A DNA stretch of 63,807 nucleotides, filler included, from Olpidium bornovanus S191 (lineage: Eukaryota > Fungi > Olpidiomycota): assembly GCA_017911155.1 (NCBI GenBank). It is 29 parts of 29 records of this genome, joined end to end, with 100 filler letters (N's around TTAATTAATTAA, not from the genome) between each part and the next. Parts side by side here need not be neighbours in the genome. Positions count along the whole stretch, not along the records: positions 23,343 to 24,841 come from JAEFCI010004198.1; positions 24,942 to 26,362 come from JAEFCI010012443.1; positions 26,463 to 28,013 come from JAEFCI010010001.1; positions 28,114 to 29,461 come from JAEFCI010012271.1; positions 29,562 to 31,472 come from JAEFCI010004715.1; positions 31,573 to 34,764 come from JAEFCI010012824.1; positions 34,865 to 36,451 come from JAEFCI010013435.1; 22 more parts are not named here. One strand, given 5' to 3'. Shown piece after piece: positions 23,969-36,551 of the stretch. The position numbers and the translations under genes were made by a program. The notes beneath the pieces are model-generated. The model was not told where the DNA came from. It ran no database searches and saw only the letters and a list, made by a program, of their open reading frames with translations. Positions within the stretch are counted from its first letter, which is position 1. Each line of letters opens with the position of its first letter.

Positions 23969-25158
23969 AGTTTCCGACCCCAAGTTTATGACCTTCGCAG
24001 ATGCGCCGCGGAAACCGCGCCGTCGACGTACGAGGCCGCGTCGGCCGCAGCGGAAGAACCCTGCGGCGGGCCTCTTCGCAGAGCCACCCTCGGCAATGGT
24101 CAAATCCGTCAGAAAGTTTTCTGGGACGTTGCCTCGGCAAGCGCGCAAAATCAGCAAGGCGCCGGCGGAAGGCGGGGAGATTTGGTCCGGACGGCAGACC
24201 GTCTGGATCTCCAGAGCGAAAGGGCATCGTAGGGAATGTTCGCACGGATCCAGGGTGTGTACACGGGCGTCATGGTGCGACTGGTGGGGGCCGGGGCGTG
24301 GAGAATAAACGGCTAAAAGGGGGAGGCTGGACCTTGGGACGGACTACGAGCACCGGCCCCTGTTGTGCCCTGTAGAATCCCTGTAGATCCGTAATACAAA
24401 ACGGCCTGAAGTAGACAGCCCCGTTGCCTTGCCGACACAGCTTCTTTTTCCCCCTCTTCTCGTAATCGCTGCGTCCTTGCGTTCTACGCGCTTTGGTATT
24501 TTTATTTTGGTTTTAAAAGTCAACAAGGAAAGAGGGGGAAAGTGGGCGTAAATTCTCGTCGACCGGTTTTTTTTTTGTTTACTTGAACGCACCCGGGGGC
24601 CCGCAACCGGTGAAACGTAATAACCCTCGAGCGAACGCGCGGTTTCTTTTTTTTTTTTTTTTTTTTTTTTTTTTCCTTTTTTTGTTTCTTTTCTTCTCAT
24701 TCTTTTTTTGTTGGCCTGCACCACATTTTGATAGGTTACTTGGCAAGCAAACGCGGCAAGGAGGTAACGAAGGACGGAGGAGGCGGGGGGGGGGGGGGGG
24801 GGGGGGGCGGGGGGGGGGGGGGGGGGGGGGGAAGGAGGATGNNNNNNNNNNNNNNNNNNNNNNNNNNNNNNNNNNNNNNNNNNNNTTAATTAATTAANNN
24901 NNNNNNNNNNNNNNNNNNNNNNNNNNNNNNNNNNNNNNNNNGGCACGCGCAGACGGAAGCCAAACCCCCGCTAGAAAATCCTTGAGCGCCTCCGGCTGAC
25001 GGCTCGGACGCCTCCCACAACCCTTGACCGGCTGCCGTTTCGCGTGAGCCCCTGCCTCTTCCCCGCAAGCCCCTTTCCCGTTGCGGCCTTTTTTTTTCTC
25101 TCTTTTTTTTCCGCCTTTTCCCAAACCGTTAATGACGGCAGTGGCAGTCGTAGATTAC

Positions 25159-25443
25159 CTTGACGTGCTTGTTCTCAACGATGACCCTGCCGTTGACCCT
25201 CAGGACGCCGGCTTGGGCGTCGAACTCGGTGGCCACGACCGACACGGTGAGGGTAAGCCTGAGGCGGGTGCTCCCGGTGGAGCCGGTGGCGCTCTCGGTC
25301 TGCACCCTCCGCACGGTGGTCGCCCTGAGCTGGTCGTTCTGCCTGACAAGGTTGTAGACGTGCCACATGTCCTCTGTCTCCTCCGGCAGCAGGGTGACGT
25401 ACCCCGAGGTGTCCTTCTCGAGGTGCTTCTTGAGCAGCTTCAT
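25159..25443 (-). CDS. DOM34: Pelota/Dom34 first exon; 3' part missing
   Basis: MKLLKKHLEKDTSGYVTLLPEETEDMWHVYNLV..LRATTVRRVQTESATGSTGS..LRVNGRVIVENKHVK, followed by donor GTAATC. Confidence 0.95.
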
Positions 25444-27722
25444 GGCTACGCTTGACCGGGGGCTTCGGGCGCGGGAAGGCGTCAGTCGCGGGGGATTGTT
25501 GCGGGTGGAGTCGTTTGCGAGGGGCGGACTTGTTCGTTTTTCTTTGGGCAATGTGTAAGAGGTAGCACCCCCCGCATCCCCCAGCCGTCACCCGCCGACG
25601 CGCGCGCGGAAGACAGACCGATCGTCGTCACGGGGAAAGTCGGCAGAGAGCCGGTAGCCGTGCGCACGGACACAGCCGTCGGCCGCGCGCCATCTCTCGC
25701 CGGTCGGTGTGGAAAAAGAACTTGTGCAGGATCCCATAATTCCATTACCTTCGTCTCCTTTTCTCCAATTTGCTTGTATTAGGGAGTCACCGTGACCACG
25801 CCCAAGGTGCTGAACGGACCCCACGTCGGCCGGGGTTTGTGAGGTTGTTACGTGACTTAAATTTTTTGAAATATCGTGATGCAGCTTGGCTCTCAACAGG
25901 AGTACCTGCCTCCAATTGTAAAGAAACCATTCAATGAAGGGTACCATACCGCTTTTTTTTTTTTGCTTCTTATCCAAATCTTCTGTGTTCAAACCTGTCC
26001 TGGAAAGGTTCAAGCAGGTTTTTTATTACCAACAGGATTTATATCATTCCTTCTTTGATTTTTCTTTATCCTTGATAACCACAGTGTCGGACAGCCTCCG
26101 ATCGCCACTGTCTTGGCTGGAAGCACAGGGAATTGGGGCCACTGCTGATTGCTCCATGACAGCGAAGTGAGCCCACGATTGCCCTATACTGCAAGGTCTT
26201 ACTTACTCCCCTTTTGGCCCCTTTGGGGTTACCGATAAACCCGGCGCCATCCGCTCGCCCGGACCTTTGGGTGGCTACGGTGCGCCTGCTTGCACCTCTT
26301 CTGTCGGCAGATGATGTGGTGGTTCTTGATCCAACACGTAGTTCCCCGCATCCAAGATGGACNNNNNNNNNNNNNNNNNNNNNNNNNNNNNNNNNNNNNN
26401 NNNNNNTTAATTAATTAANNNNNNNNNNNNNNNNNNNNNNNNNNNNNNNNNNNNNNNNNNNNCATGAAACTGCAAGTTTGTATTTGTTTACAGGAATGCC
26501 CCACCTCTAGCTTGGATAGATACAGCTTCACGAGTCTCCCAGTATCTCAGGACCACAAATTTCCAAGCCAAAAAATATTATGTGTATGCGGAGCGCCGCT
26601 GCGCATCCCCCCGCTGGGAGATCGGATTGGAACACAGCAAATTTTCGATTTTTCGGGACTTTTCGAAAATTTGCCGCGGGCAGCTCCAGGGATGTTCAAT
26701 AGGTGGTGAATACAATATTCAGGTGGTATATATAGGTGTATACACCTATATAGGTGGAATACAGGAATATAGGAAGGAATACACAAGGTGTATTCCTTCA
26801 GGAATACAATATTCACCAGGAAGGTAGTACTCCAGACACCACATTCTATCCCTGTCGCCTTCCTTTGTTGAAAGTTGCAAGTCGGGGAAACGCGAGCGGG
26901 ATGCGTTTTAATCTTGCTCCATTTTTATGACTTCTTCCCGGCTATATGTAAATATCTTGCATTCCTGTGTGTAAAGCTCTGCGGGCCGTGCCGCAGGCAA
27001 AGTCGAGCGCTATCGCCAATAGGATACATGAAGTTTCTGGCAGATCATTAAAGTTCCGCGCAAAATAACTGGCTTTGGTGTGTGTTTCGCAGTGTCAATG
27101 CGCTGCTCGGCGATGCCGCAGCAGAGGGCCGATTCAAAAAGGGCGGTGACCTGTAGGGCGACGTAGTGGCGTTGAGCATGCTTCCACCTTGTTTTTCGCT
27201 GGAAAGTGTGTGCGATTAGGGCGGTTACGCGGGACCGCGCATTTCACGCGTTTCCGTAAGTGCCGGCCATGGGCAAGGTTCTCTTGCAGTTTCACGCGTT
27301 GTAGGTTTGTGCCAGTTTCATGTTCGATGCGTGGTTAGGACGTTTGGGGCGTTGTTTTTTTTCCCTCTTCGGTGTACTTTTTTTATTGTTATATATTTAT
27401 GTTTTGCTCCCATGTGTCAAAAATGCGCACGTGACTTATGATTTTTTTTTTTTTTCGCAACCACCCGACTTATCAAACGGAGGCGTTGCACCGGCCTAAA
27501 CTTCGCGGTACTCCTGGGCACACCGACCGCGTGCTCGTCAAACCCCCCCCGTGCTCCTGGCGGCAAGCGGCAAGCGCAGCGAGGAGGCGGCGAAACTCCG
27601 GCGACCCTGCGAGCCGAGCGACTAACACGTGCAGGACGATCTGGCCACCAGCGGAACGTTCCAAGGCGAAGCGTCGCGGTTCGGAGGTGGGCGGCCGGCT
27701 GGGGGTATACCCCCCCTCCCCC

Positions 27723-27754
<32 letters not shown>

Positions 27755-28113
27755 TCCCCCGCCCAATCAGGAAAAGGCTGCAGCACTGACGCTTTGCTCC
27801 GCACCCGTTTCTGTCCGGCGGTCAGACACCCCGGGCAAACTTAGCTCGGGACTAATTAATACGCGCTCCTGTTATTTCCGCATTGCCGCCGTCATGCAAA
27901 CGGCCGCCTGGGTGACCGCGGCTTGGGGCGCGTTGCCGCCGCACGGGCCCGCACACACGTGTACGTGAGGGGGCCCCCTGGGCAACGACCGCAAAGAAAA
28001 TCGGAGGGATATCNNNNNNNNNNNNNNNNNNNNNNNNNNNNNNNNNNNNNNNNNNNNTTAATTAATTAANNNNNNNNNNNNNNNNNNNNNNNNNNNNNNN
28101 NNNNNNNNNNNNN

Positions 28114-29400
28114 CATGGCTATGTTATCTGTTGAGTCGATGTTCTCCGCCGGCGAAACCCACCTGGCGATGACCGCCAGGACCCGTTTCGCGAGCACGGG
28201 ATCGTAAGACCAATGCGACTCGTTGCCGCACGATGTGTGCGCCGGCACGGTGAATGAGCAGAAACCGTTCGTCGTTGAGAACTGGATATCGTTCCGCAGA
28301 ACGTCCAACACTGAACAAGGCAGCCGTGGACCGGTCAGCGAATCCAATAATTGAGTTCCAAAGGGGCCCAACCAACGCAAACCTAGACCAACCTCGTTCC
28401 TTTAGCTTTCGCTGGTGATCGGCCATCCTGTTGGCCAAAGCGACCCAAGATGCTGAGCTCAACGGCGCCAAACTTCGATCGTCGTGATCGCCCTCCCCGG
28501 TTAGATCCAATTTTCTTTGCTTTATTTCCGAGAAAAACGACCGTATGTTGTTGCGGGCATGTCTCAAGTCGGCGTTGGTGGTGTCCTCAAACCACGGTAT
28601 GTTCGCTGCGCGGCACGTTTCTATAAGGCGCGACTGACGAGAACATCAGCATGCAGCGCATTGAAACCGTTTCCAGGTTCATGCACGCGCCGAGAAAAAT
28701 TTTCAACCTTATTATATTCTAAAAGTGGCCTGACGACTCGCAATCCTACTGATCCTGGCACGCGCACCGGAACCCCTGCCATGGGGTGCATGCCTGCAAG
28801 ACCTTGGATGGCCAGACTGCCCCTCGCGAATCTATACAATACCGTCTCCGCTTGATCATCGGCATGATGGGCAGTTACCAGGTACTTGATGTTCGACGCC
28901 TTGCAAGCCTGCGCAAGCAGAGCGTATCTCTTTCTCCTTCCGAGTATCTCGATCTGAGCAGGTCTTATTCGCAAGGCCTCCGACGGCCCGTCGCGCATTT
29001 CCCTTTCTGCGTCTCCACAGGAATCGTCCCGCGTGTCCCATGCGACCTTCATTATCCGATGGTCCCGGATACCTACAGAACCGGAGCACGCATCCCATTT
29101 CAATAAGAACTGCCCCACCCCCGACTCACGGGCGGTGGACCACGCGCAACGCTCCGTCTCGCCATATCCGCAATCGCGACTGAACAGTACCGAGGCGCTC
29201 GAGAACGCTCGCAACCTTCTTCGCCTCGTCTGCACTCTCAGGACGGATGCCATGATCCACCGTTATTGCGACAACTTTTGAAGGCGGGTACGCCACCGAA
29301 AGAAGGTACGAGAGCGCCATACTGTCGACGCCGCCACTGACGGCCACGGCTGAAACGGGGGTAGAGCGAAAAAGCTGTGTGAGCCACCGTGACACGCCAA
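28114..29400 (-). CDS. tilS: tRNA(Ile)-lysidine synthase-like PP-loop ATPase, multi-exon, partial
   Basis: AVAVSGGVDSMALSYLL, ITVDHGIRPES, RRKRYALLAQAC, LVTAHHADDQAETVLYRFARGS, VVRPLL and WFEDTTNAD..RNNIR. Confidence 0.9.
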
Positions 29401-30098
29401 CGGGGAGGGGGTAGGGGAACGTGGGCCGGGGAATGGTGGCCTTGCATGGAAACAAAGAGAGNNNNNNNNNNNNNNNNNNNNNNNNNNNNNNNNNNNNNNN
29501 NNNNNTTAATTAATTAANNNNNNNNNNNNNNNNNNNNNNNNNNNNNNNNNNNNNNNNNNNNAGCGCTTCCCCCCTTCCGCCCTCGAAGCCCGCCAATCAA
29601 AGAGCTTTTCCCCTTTCCCCCTTCCCCCCCCCGCGCCCCACCCGGGGACCCCCCCCCACCAAAACCCCCCCCCCCCCAAAAAACCCCCCCCCCCCCCCCC
29701 CCCCGGCTTTTGCCCCCGTCCTCTTGTGTCTGGTTCTCTCTTAGCCGGAAAACGCACCCGAGGAGTGGGAGCGCCGTGCGTCATCCGCCAGCAGTAGGAG
29801 CAGCAGCAGCGGGCGTAAGCGAGCGAGGGCCGTCTGCTGGCCCCTCCTGTCGGCAGCAGAGCCGCCGGGTTGGAGGAACGCCGAGCCAGGCCGAAGGACA
29901 CCGCTCCACCGCGAGCCCAGTGCGGGCAAGGAACCCGTTGTGCTCGCTTCCGCCGTCGGCGGGAGGCCAGCAGGGCCGGGCGGACCACTCGCCCCAGCGG
30001 CCAGCAGCAAAGAGCGGGAGGCCGCTCCACTCCTCTCCGTCGCCGCCGGCACCTGCAAGTCGAAGAAGGCGGACAAGCGGGCTCCATCGGGGCGAGAG

Positions 30099-31472
30099 AT
30101 GGCGGCGATCCTCATTCTCGGTGGGTCCGCGCGGAGCCTCCTCGGTCCACGAACTCGAGGTTCCTTGTGATCAGGAAGCCGGCAGAGGGACGAGCGGAAT
30201 TCTGCGTTCCGGTCTACCTGTGACCCTATTTTGCAGCTATTTGCCCAAAGGCCGCTGGAAGAGGTTCTTCGCTCTCGGATCCTAGCTGGAACACACCAAC
30301 GGGCTCACCCACTTCCTTTCCGTCACATCACAGGAGGAGTCGGGTTCATCGGGCGGAACCTGGTCTGCTACCTGGTGGAGAACAACCTCGCTGCCAAGAT
30401 CCGAGTTGTGGACAAGGTCTTGCCCGAGACAGCGTACCTTTCCAAGCGGTGCCAGGATGCCTTCCAAAAGGTTGAGTTTATGCAGGGAAACTTGGTCAAG
30501 CCAGGTAAACTCGGTGCCCTAATGCAGGATCGAGGAATGTTCGGGGCGGTGAGAAGTTGGCGGAAAAGAGAGGTGGGAGGGACACAGTCTCAACTCCTTG
30601 TCTTGCCCAACAGCCGTTATAGATAAAATTTTTGATGGTCACAACTGGGACGCCGTCTTCAACCTCGCTGCAGAGACGAAGTACGGGCAGCCGGAGGCGG
30701 TGGGTAACGTCCGTTTGGATTTTTAACGTTCGAGAAAGAAGAGCGTGCCTGTGCCATGCCAAACAGTGGGTTCCGCTCGGTTTGTTATTGCGCGACAGGT
30801 GTATCAGGAGAGAGTTTATGAACTGTCCGTGAACTGTGCAAAGGCGGCGGCTCAGCGCGGGGTAAAACTTTTTGTATGTGCGTCGACGGCACAAATTTAC
30901 GAAGGGGAGAAGGTGAGGTCAGCGCGACCACATATCATGCCGCGGATATGTTACAACGAACTGTTCCCAAAGCGGATCTGACGGGCTGACCGCACCCCTA
31001 TCCCCCACCACCGACTTACGCCCCCATCTTCCCTTCCCCCCACCGTGACAGAAAGCCAGTACGGAAGATTGTAAGAGGAAGCCTTGGACACTCATTGCGA
31101 AATACAAGATGAAAGCTGAGGATGCGATGCAGACGGTTCCGGGGTTAGTCGTTTTTTTCTTTTCAGGCCCCAGATAACTTTGGTTGGAAACCATAGCTGT
31201 GGTATACATCATACTGAGGTTCTTGTTGATCGGGAACCAGGCTCAATGCGCTCGTATTCCGGATGGCTATCGTATACGGCCCTGGTGACACATCGGGCAT
31301 CAGTAAGCCGCAGGAAGCGATGGTCTACGGCTAATGATCCTCCTCTAAGTGGCTTTTTTTTATTCGGTACCGAACCTAGCCCCGCGTCTTATCATTGGTC
31401 ACACGTACAAGAAGCTCGGCCAAGAGATGAAGCTTCTGTGGACGAAAGATTTGAAAATCAACACTGTCCATG
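30099..31472 (+). CDS. NAD-dependent epimerase/dehydratase (extended SDR), multi-exon, 3' partial
   Basis: MAAILILG|GVGFIGRNLVCYLVENNLAAKIRVVDK..|VFNLAAETKYGQ|..STAQIYE..|PWTLIAKYKMKAE, with a GG.GFIG Rossmann motif and a Y...K motif. Confidence 0.88.
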
Positions 31473-31572
31473 NNNNNNNNNNNNNNNNNNNNNNNNNNNN
31501 NNNNNNNNNNNNNNNNTTAATTAATTAANNNNNNNNNNNNNNNNNNNNNNNNNNNNNNNNNNNNNNNNNNNN

Positions 31573-34097
31573 CATGCAGACAAACATACACCGCGTGAAT
31601 CAGTTTTATCCCCGTTCTTCAGCTTGTGCTCTAAACCTTGTTCGGGAATGCGTGCGAACTCTCCCACGCTACTTACTGGTCTCGGTGAATTCCCGCTTGT
31701 TGATTGTGAACAGCTCCTCGGTTAAGCGATAATCGGCACCATCTACGGTCACAACTGCGGAGCTGGAAAGAAGAGGTTGCCATAGAACGGCATCAAGTTA
31801 CCTCGACATTTTCCTCGTCACGAGTAAACACGGCAAACCCAGGATTCGAATGTCCAAAGAAAAAATATGGAGATCGGAGTCAACTCACCCTTGTTCCTGG
31901 ATTTCCCTCTCCATCCGCATCAGCTCCGCCTGACCCATGGCCTTAATGCGTTCCTCGACGGGGCGCGCAGCGTTCCTCAGCGTGACGCCGAAGCGTTTCC
32001 TGTTGAACACGGGAACCCGGCATTCGACCGTAACTGGCTTTTCCAGCCGCTCTCGGACGACCAAGGGAATGCCCGTCCGCTGAGTGTGGACGGTAAGGTC
32101 GTACGCGGAGCGGTCGGCGCACCCGACACATTCCATCCAACCCTATTTCGAGCAGATGTCGTAGGACATGAGGCACAGGCCAAGGTGCGGAGGCAAACCA
32201 GTACGTACGAGATTCGCGTTCCTTACGTAGCTGGTTAGGATTTCCGCGTCCCAGCAGTCTGCGTGCGAGTAAGAGACATTTCGTGCATCGTAATGAACAC
32301 GTCCAGCGGACGTAAGTTTCGATTGACATCAAAAATGATCCCGGCCTGCGAGAAAATTCCGAGTTACCCACCGCGCGCGTAATGCGCCATTTCATTTCGC
32401 ATGTGCTGCCTGAACCTCAGGCCCTCCGGGTGGATGCCGATCTTCGTCAGAAAGAGCTGAATGCGAGCCATAAAATACCCGAGGGTCTCGTTGTCTACGA
32501 TTTTCGTCTCCACTGCCCGGCCAACAGTTATTTTGCAGACCTCCGTCCGGCCGTCAACCTGGTCGCTCGCCGGCAAAAGGCGAAGCCGCACGTCGCTCAC
32601 TTCCGCGAAGCGGCGATGAGACTTGTCCTCCGGGTTGACGAAGTGTTCAATTTCAGCCATGGTGAACTCCCTGAAGCCGAAGCAATAACCGGAGCGTCAG
32701 GTGACAAACGCTTTTTGTTTGATGCCAAAAGCGAAACAGAATCCCCGCCATCTCCTCGGAGAACTGGCACGATTCTACTGAAATATCATGGCGACGGCGC
32801 GTAGTAAAAGAAGCCGAGAGCGTGAGAAATGTCTGCAATGAGCTAAATTCGGGGCGCACGGCCGACGCTTCCCCCCAGATCGCGTCGGGACGGCAAACGA
32901 ACGTTACCATAACTAACATCCTCAGACAAACCTGAGGCGGAGAAGGCCCTGACGCGGACGAGTTTCGTTGCGGAATGCACGGCCGACCTGGGCAGCAGCA
33001 AATGGCATCCTGCCCTGGTTGAACTCGAGAAGCTTTCTGAAATTGAGGAAAATGCTCTGTGCAGTCTCCGGCCGGAGGTATCTTTTCCAGGCAGAGAACG
33101 GCGTAAGCAATCAAAAAAAGTCACGCCCTGGAGAGAGAGGCGGGGAAAGGTCAGATTCCTACCTACCCCTTCAGCTGTCCAGTAGGGCCTACGGTGGTCT
33201 CGAACATTAGGTTGAATTGGGTGGGTTTGCTGAGGACGTTTCCAGTCTCGGGGTTTTTAATCTCAAGCCTCGTAATCACATTTCCAAGCTGCTCCCCGCC
33301 GAGAGCGTCTATCCTGGCCAAAACAGCTTCGTAATCGCGCTTTACGTCATCCTCCAGCACCCGCGTTTCGTCCCTCTTCCTCTTTTTACATTTCTTCGCC
33401 CCGTCCCCTCGAGCCTCGCGGTCCGCCTCGAGCCTCGCCCTGAGAACCGCCGCCACAACGTGGTCGGCCCGTAAAATTTCCCCGGTCTGTTCGTCCCTGA
33501 CCACCCAATCCACGAACTTCTCCGTGTGTCCCGACGTCTGCAACACCTCCTGCGGCGTTATTATCGCGCAGTCGACCTCGTGCATATCCTCCTCAAGGAC
33601 GAAATGTTGGCGCCACACAGAGACGATGTTGGAGAGCAGCGCACAGCCTGGGGGACCGTAGTCGTAGAACCCGGCCAAGCCTGCAGGACCCGGTGGAAAC
33701 GCGCGCAGTCAACGAGGTGAGCTTGGCCTCTGCGGCGGCGGAAAAAAAAGGCAGAGGCGGTCCGGTCGGGAACTGCTCTTTCACCTCTGTAGACCTCGAA
33801 CGACGTCTGGAAGAAAAACCGGTTGTGCAGAAAAATCTCCAGCTGTGATCTCTCCGCCTTGTCCAGAGCTTTAAATTCAGCCCGTAGCTCCCGCCCTGAC
33901 GCCGGAGCGGCGTAGTGGCGTCGTGCCGCGGGCCGTGTCCTTCGGGGAAAGGCGCGGCACGGACGGCAGCGGGCTGCGCTGCGCGGTCCGGCGTCGCTGG
34001 TGTGACGAACAGCGCACAGGCGCGGGGTGGTGTTCTCCACCGCCCGGCTGGCTCGCCTGGCGGCGGCGAAGGCCGCCAGCATCCACGCCGGCGGCAT
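31573..34097 (-). CDS. GRS1: Glycyl-tRNA synthetase (eukaryote-type) with an Arg/Ala-rich N-terminal presequence; 3' partial
   Basis: [64 protein letters not shown] and [13 protein letters not shown]. Confidence 0.95.
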
Positions 34098-34864
34098 GGG
34101 ACGGCAGCTCCCGAGCGGGGCGGGCGAGGGTCCAAATCCCGAGGCCGACCGGACGACGCACTTGTCCGCGTCGAGAGAGAGAGAAGGGAGCGCGGGTAGG
34201 GGGCGCGGATAGTAAACAAAATCCCCGACAACGAAAAACCGCACGTGCACAACTGCACCGCCCCCGTCAACTACCCTCGCTCAGTGATTTTATTCATGTC
34301 GAGCTCAGCAGAACAACGCAGGAGGACTCGAAAACGCTGGCTCAGCTCAGGTAGCCTGCGGGAGTCTTTGGCCCCACGATTCTTTCCACAGTGTTCAACC
34401 TTGCGTGCCATACATCATTGGCGCCGATCACCTGATGCATGCATGCCCAGGGATAGTCAGTTGCGTGGCTGGCAATTGTGCCAATGATTCTGTTGGCTTA
34501 CACTTGGGTGCGTCATTTATTACAACGGTCCCCGCATATTGTGCACATCAACAAAGCGGCCGTGTGGAGTTGCCCGGCAGCGTTGCGACGGGCGCTCTCC
34601 AAATGTAAAAAAGGGCATGTGGGTTTATCGCCAAATGCAGAAACATGCAAGTGAGCTTTGTCACTTCCTTCACCACCTGAGAGCGCGCCGATCGTTTCTC
34701 CGGCGGTTGATCAGCAATGTGCGGTGGCTGCTCGAACGGGCTGGACGGCCGCCCCAGGTTACGGNNNNNNNNNNNNNNNNNNNNNNNNNNNNNNNNNNNN
34801 NNNNNNNNTTAATTAATTAANNNNNNNNNNNNNNNNNNNNNNNNNNNNNNNNNNNNNNNNNNNN

Positions 34865-35920
34865 CATGCATATCTGTGGGATACTCAAAGTCGCTGTCCA
34901 GGCCAGCTGATTTCAGCATCGCTCGCATGTGATCACGCAGTTCAATGACTTCTTTTCTGGTCGTCGGCATCAGCGACGGTTGCCATAGTCCCCCAGCAGT
35001 CTGCCGCGGAAGCTGGCGTCAGCGGGATTACCCGCGGTCTGCTCGAAGCCAAACAGGGATCAGGCGGGCACCGACCTCGTACCTTCCTGACGGAATAACC
35101 AACTTGAAGTCGCCAGGGTGTATCCCCAACGCCTCTCTTTTTGTCTGCGCGATATCTTTGACCACCGCGACAGACAGGTCCTCGCTTTTGATGTCCCTGT
35201 ACCTCTCCGGAACATCAAACTCCGCGGGGCCTTCGTGGCGTGCCCGCGCACCGGCAGGTGCGACTTTGCCGTCGGTTTCGCACGGTAGTGCTTCTGATAC
35301 TGTCCGGCCCGTTGTTTCTCCAGGCAGGTGGCCGACCTCGGTGTCGACCTCGGTGCCGGCCTCGGCCGGCGGCTTTTGCACGACGGCCTTATCTTCGCTC
35401 GAATTCTCACTGATGCCCTTCCTGATTTCCTCGCGGTCCCGTGTTACTTCACCCTCCGTGCTGCTATTGAGCAGTCTCATTTTGCTGATCGGCGTGAACG
35501 TGTCGACGTCGTCCTTGTCGTAAATGAATGCCAGGTCTTTGGCTGCCGGATCTGTCTTCTGCACGAGATGTACGACTCGGGGACGAGTCACAGGATGGTC
35601 ATACGCGTTCTTCAGGTTCGGCGAAGAGACCCGCCGCCGGATCGGTGTTTTCAGCCGCGACGGCGCGCGCGGCGGTGAGGGCGGTGTGATCGCGATCGGC
35701 TTCTGAGGCAAGACGGGCGACGCTTTCGCCGGTTCCCTGACCGGAGGGACGCCCGTGACGGCTTCCGGCAGCTGCACGTTCCGTCCCTGGCGCGGCTCGG
35801 CGGCAGCAGCAAACCTAGACCCGGATTGCGGCGGGGCCCTCTTTGCGTTGCGCACGCGACTGACCGGGACGGACAGTTTCGTCAGATCGGACAACAGGGA
35901 CAACGGGACGTGAGTTGCCA
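34865..35920 (-). CDS. AXDND1: AXDND1-like (axonemal dynein light-chain domain) protein, N-terminal part
   Basis: A long disordered N-terminus is followed by PSLMPTTRKEVIELRDHMRAMLKSAGLDSDFEYPTDMH. This resembles animal AXDND1 as recalled ([26 protein letters not shown]...PTKMH). Confidence 0.55.
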
Positions 35921-36551
35921 TTGCCGGCGGGCAGTGTCTGGCACGGCAGCTTGGCGGGTTCAGACTGCTGCTGCCGGGTGTTCCCTGACGGCCAGGAAGC
36001 ACTCGGCGATGCCGCAACCGGGCAGCGTTCCTCTCCGCGCGTCTCGGCTTGATCTGGGGACAGGCGGCGGGGCGGAGCGACCGCGGACTCTCGCAGGCAG
36101 GCAGGCGCGGAGCAGGAAGAGTGTTCCGATCCGCCGCGGGGATTTTTTTTTTTTTTTTTTTCTCCTCGGGACCTGCCTCCTCCCCGACAGTCACCAGGGC
36201 AATTGAGAGAGAAACAACAAAAAAAAAAAAATATGCATCCCGCGCACGGGAAAAATTGTGTAGTTTGCCTTCCCCCCCACCGCACGACAGAAAATATCTG
36301 GGTGCGCTGTCCAAGTGGAAATTCAACATTCATGACAGATGTCAAAACAAGAAACCGGAATGCGGGTCCTTACGTGCCCTGCGGGGAGGGCCCTTCCCTG
36401 CCCCTGCCGTATCCCAGGTGCCGTAATCGGAAAAGAGAGTTTTAAAGCCCANNNNNNNNNNNNNNNNNNNNNNNNNNNNNNNNNNNNNNNNNNNNTTAAT
36501 TAATTAANNNNNNNNNNNNNNNNNNNNNNNNNNNNNNNNNNNNNNNNNNNN

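Noticed and set aside
23840-24310. Open frames on both strands between promoter-like tracts
   Set aside because: No way to choose a frame, and no motif support.
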